In this document: positions 62,497 to 64,000 of the stretch, one piece after another
How the letters are laid out: each line of letters opens with the position of its first letter
Position numbering within the stretch: the first letter of the stretch is position 1
From: Pristiophorus japonicus
Taxonomy: Eukaryota
Reading direction: 5' to 3'
NCBI RefSeq assembly: GCF_044704955.1
Contig: NC_091999.1
Location: forward strand, 19,530,001 to 19,594,000
Length of the DNA: 64,000 bases
Translations under genes and position numbers: made by a program
Notes under the pieces: generated by a model
What the model was told of the DNA's origin: nothing
The model's database searches: none
What the model saw: only the letters and a program-made list of their open reading frames with translations

Positions 62497-64000
62497 CTGA
62501 TGAAATGCATCCCAGGGTATTGAAAGAGATGGCGGAAGTTATAGCAGATGCATTCGTTATAATCGACCAAAATTCTCTGGAAACTGGGGAGGTATCATCG
62601 GATTGGAAAGCAGTAAATGTAACGCCTCTGTTTAAAAAAGGGGCAACAAAAGGCAGGTAACTATAGGCCAGTTAGTTTAACATCTGTAGTGGGGAAAATG
62701 CTTGAAGATATCATTAAGGAAGAAATAGCGGGACATCTAGATAGGAATAGTGCAATCAAGCAGATGCAACATGGATTCGTGAAGGGGAAATCATGTTTAA
62801 CTAAATTAGTGGAATTCTTTGAGGATATAATGAGCATGGTGGATAGAGGTGTAATGATGGATGTGGTGTATTTGGATTTCCAAAAGGCATTCGATAAGGT
62901 GCCACACAAAACGTTACTGCAGAAGGTAAAGGTACGCGGAGTTAGAGGAAATGTATTAGCATGGATAGAGAATTGGCTAACTAACAGAAAGCAGAGAGTC
63001 CGGATAAATGGGTCCTTTTTAGGTTGTTAATCGGTGGTTAGTGGTGTGCCGCAGGGATCGGTGCTGAGACCACAACTGTTTATAATATACATAGATGAAC
63101 TGGAAGAGGGAACAGAGTGAAGTATAACAACATTTGCAGATGACACAAAGATTAGTGGGAAAGCGGGTTGTGGAGAGGACACAGAGAGGCTGCAAACAGA
63201 TTTAGATAGGTTTAGCAAATGGGCTAAGGTTTGGAAGATGGAATACAATGTCGGAAACTGTGAGGTCATCCACCTTGGAAAAAACACAGTAAAAGGGAAT
63301 ATTATTTGAATGGGGAGAAATTACAACATGCTGCGGTACAGAGGGACCTGGGGATCCTTGTGCATGAATCCCAAAAAATTAGTTTGCAGGTGCAGCATGC
63401 AATCAGGAAGGCGAAAGGAATGTTGGCCTTCATTGCGAGAGGGATGGAGTACAAAAGCAGGGAGGTCCTGCTGCAACTGTACAGGGTATTGGTGAGTAAG
63501 GATATACTAGCTTTGGAGGGGGTACAGAGACGATTCACTAGGCTGATTCCGGAGATGAGAGGGTTAACTTATGATAATCGATTGAGTAGATGGGTTTTTC
63601 CTCGTTCGAGTTCAGAAGGATGAGGGGTGATCTTATAGAAACATTTAAAATAATGAAAGGGATAGACAAGATAGATGCAGAGAGGTTGTTTCCATTGGTC
63701 GGGGCGACTAGAACTAGGGGGCACAACCTCAAAATACGGGGGAGCCAATTTAAAACCGAGTTGAGAAGGAATTTCTTCCAGAGGGTTGTGAATCTGTCGA
63801 ATTTTCTGCCCAAGGAAGCAGTTGAGGTTAGCTCATTGAATGTATTCAAATCACAGATAGATAGGTTTTTAACCAATAAGGGAATTAGGGTTATGGGGAG
63901 CGGGCGGGTAAGAGGAGCTGAGTCCATGGCCAGATCAGCCATGATCTTGTTGAATGGAGGAGCAGGCTCGAGGAGCTATATGGCCTACTCCTGTTTCTAA
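62497..64000 (+). mobile_element. CR1 LINE 3' half, same subfamily as 19949-22961 and 25629-28310
   Basis: DEMHPRVLKEMAEV, QHGFVKGKSCLT, RGVRGNVLAWIENWL; 3' UTR at the window end. Confidence 0.94.

Noticed and set aside
52741-64000. Ig constant-region exons or a switch region
   Set aside because: No C1-set motifs were recognised in the ORF track or by eye, and there is no switch-like repeat. C exons may lie beyond the window.

Overview
Repeat-dense vertebrate genomic DNA, most likely from a cartilaginous fish (shark). This is inferred from the immunoglobulin V sequence, the GPR139-like receptor family, and the CR1, RTE and DeuSINE repeat content. Most of the window is decayed CR1 and RTE LINEs, two LTR retroelements and several minisatellite families. 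Almost all ORFs in the supplied track are LINE/LTR fragments or repeat artefacts. Host-gene content is small. (1) An immunoglobulin heavy-chain gene at 52200-52735 whose V, D and J are already fused in frame in genomic DNA (germline-joined VDJ). It keeps its leader intron and an octamer-less promoter, but has lost the first conserved Cys and has WRQG in place of WGQG. A rearranged Gypsy element lies antisense downstream of J, and no constant exon was recognised in the window. (2) Two frameshifted GPR139-like GPCR pseudogene exons on the minus strand. (3) A possible decayed BTLA-like Ig exon near 2.4-2.6 kb. Structural oddities include a segmental duplication that differs by a 3 kb CR1 insertion, a 5'-inverted RTE with a target-site duplication, two short templated duplications and a cryptic 12-RSS inside a minisatellite. 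All calls were made by eye; repeat boundaries are approximate unless exact motifs are quoted.
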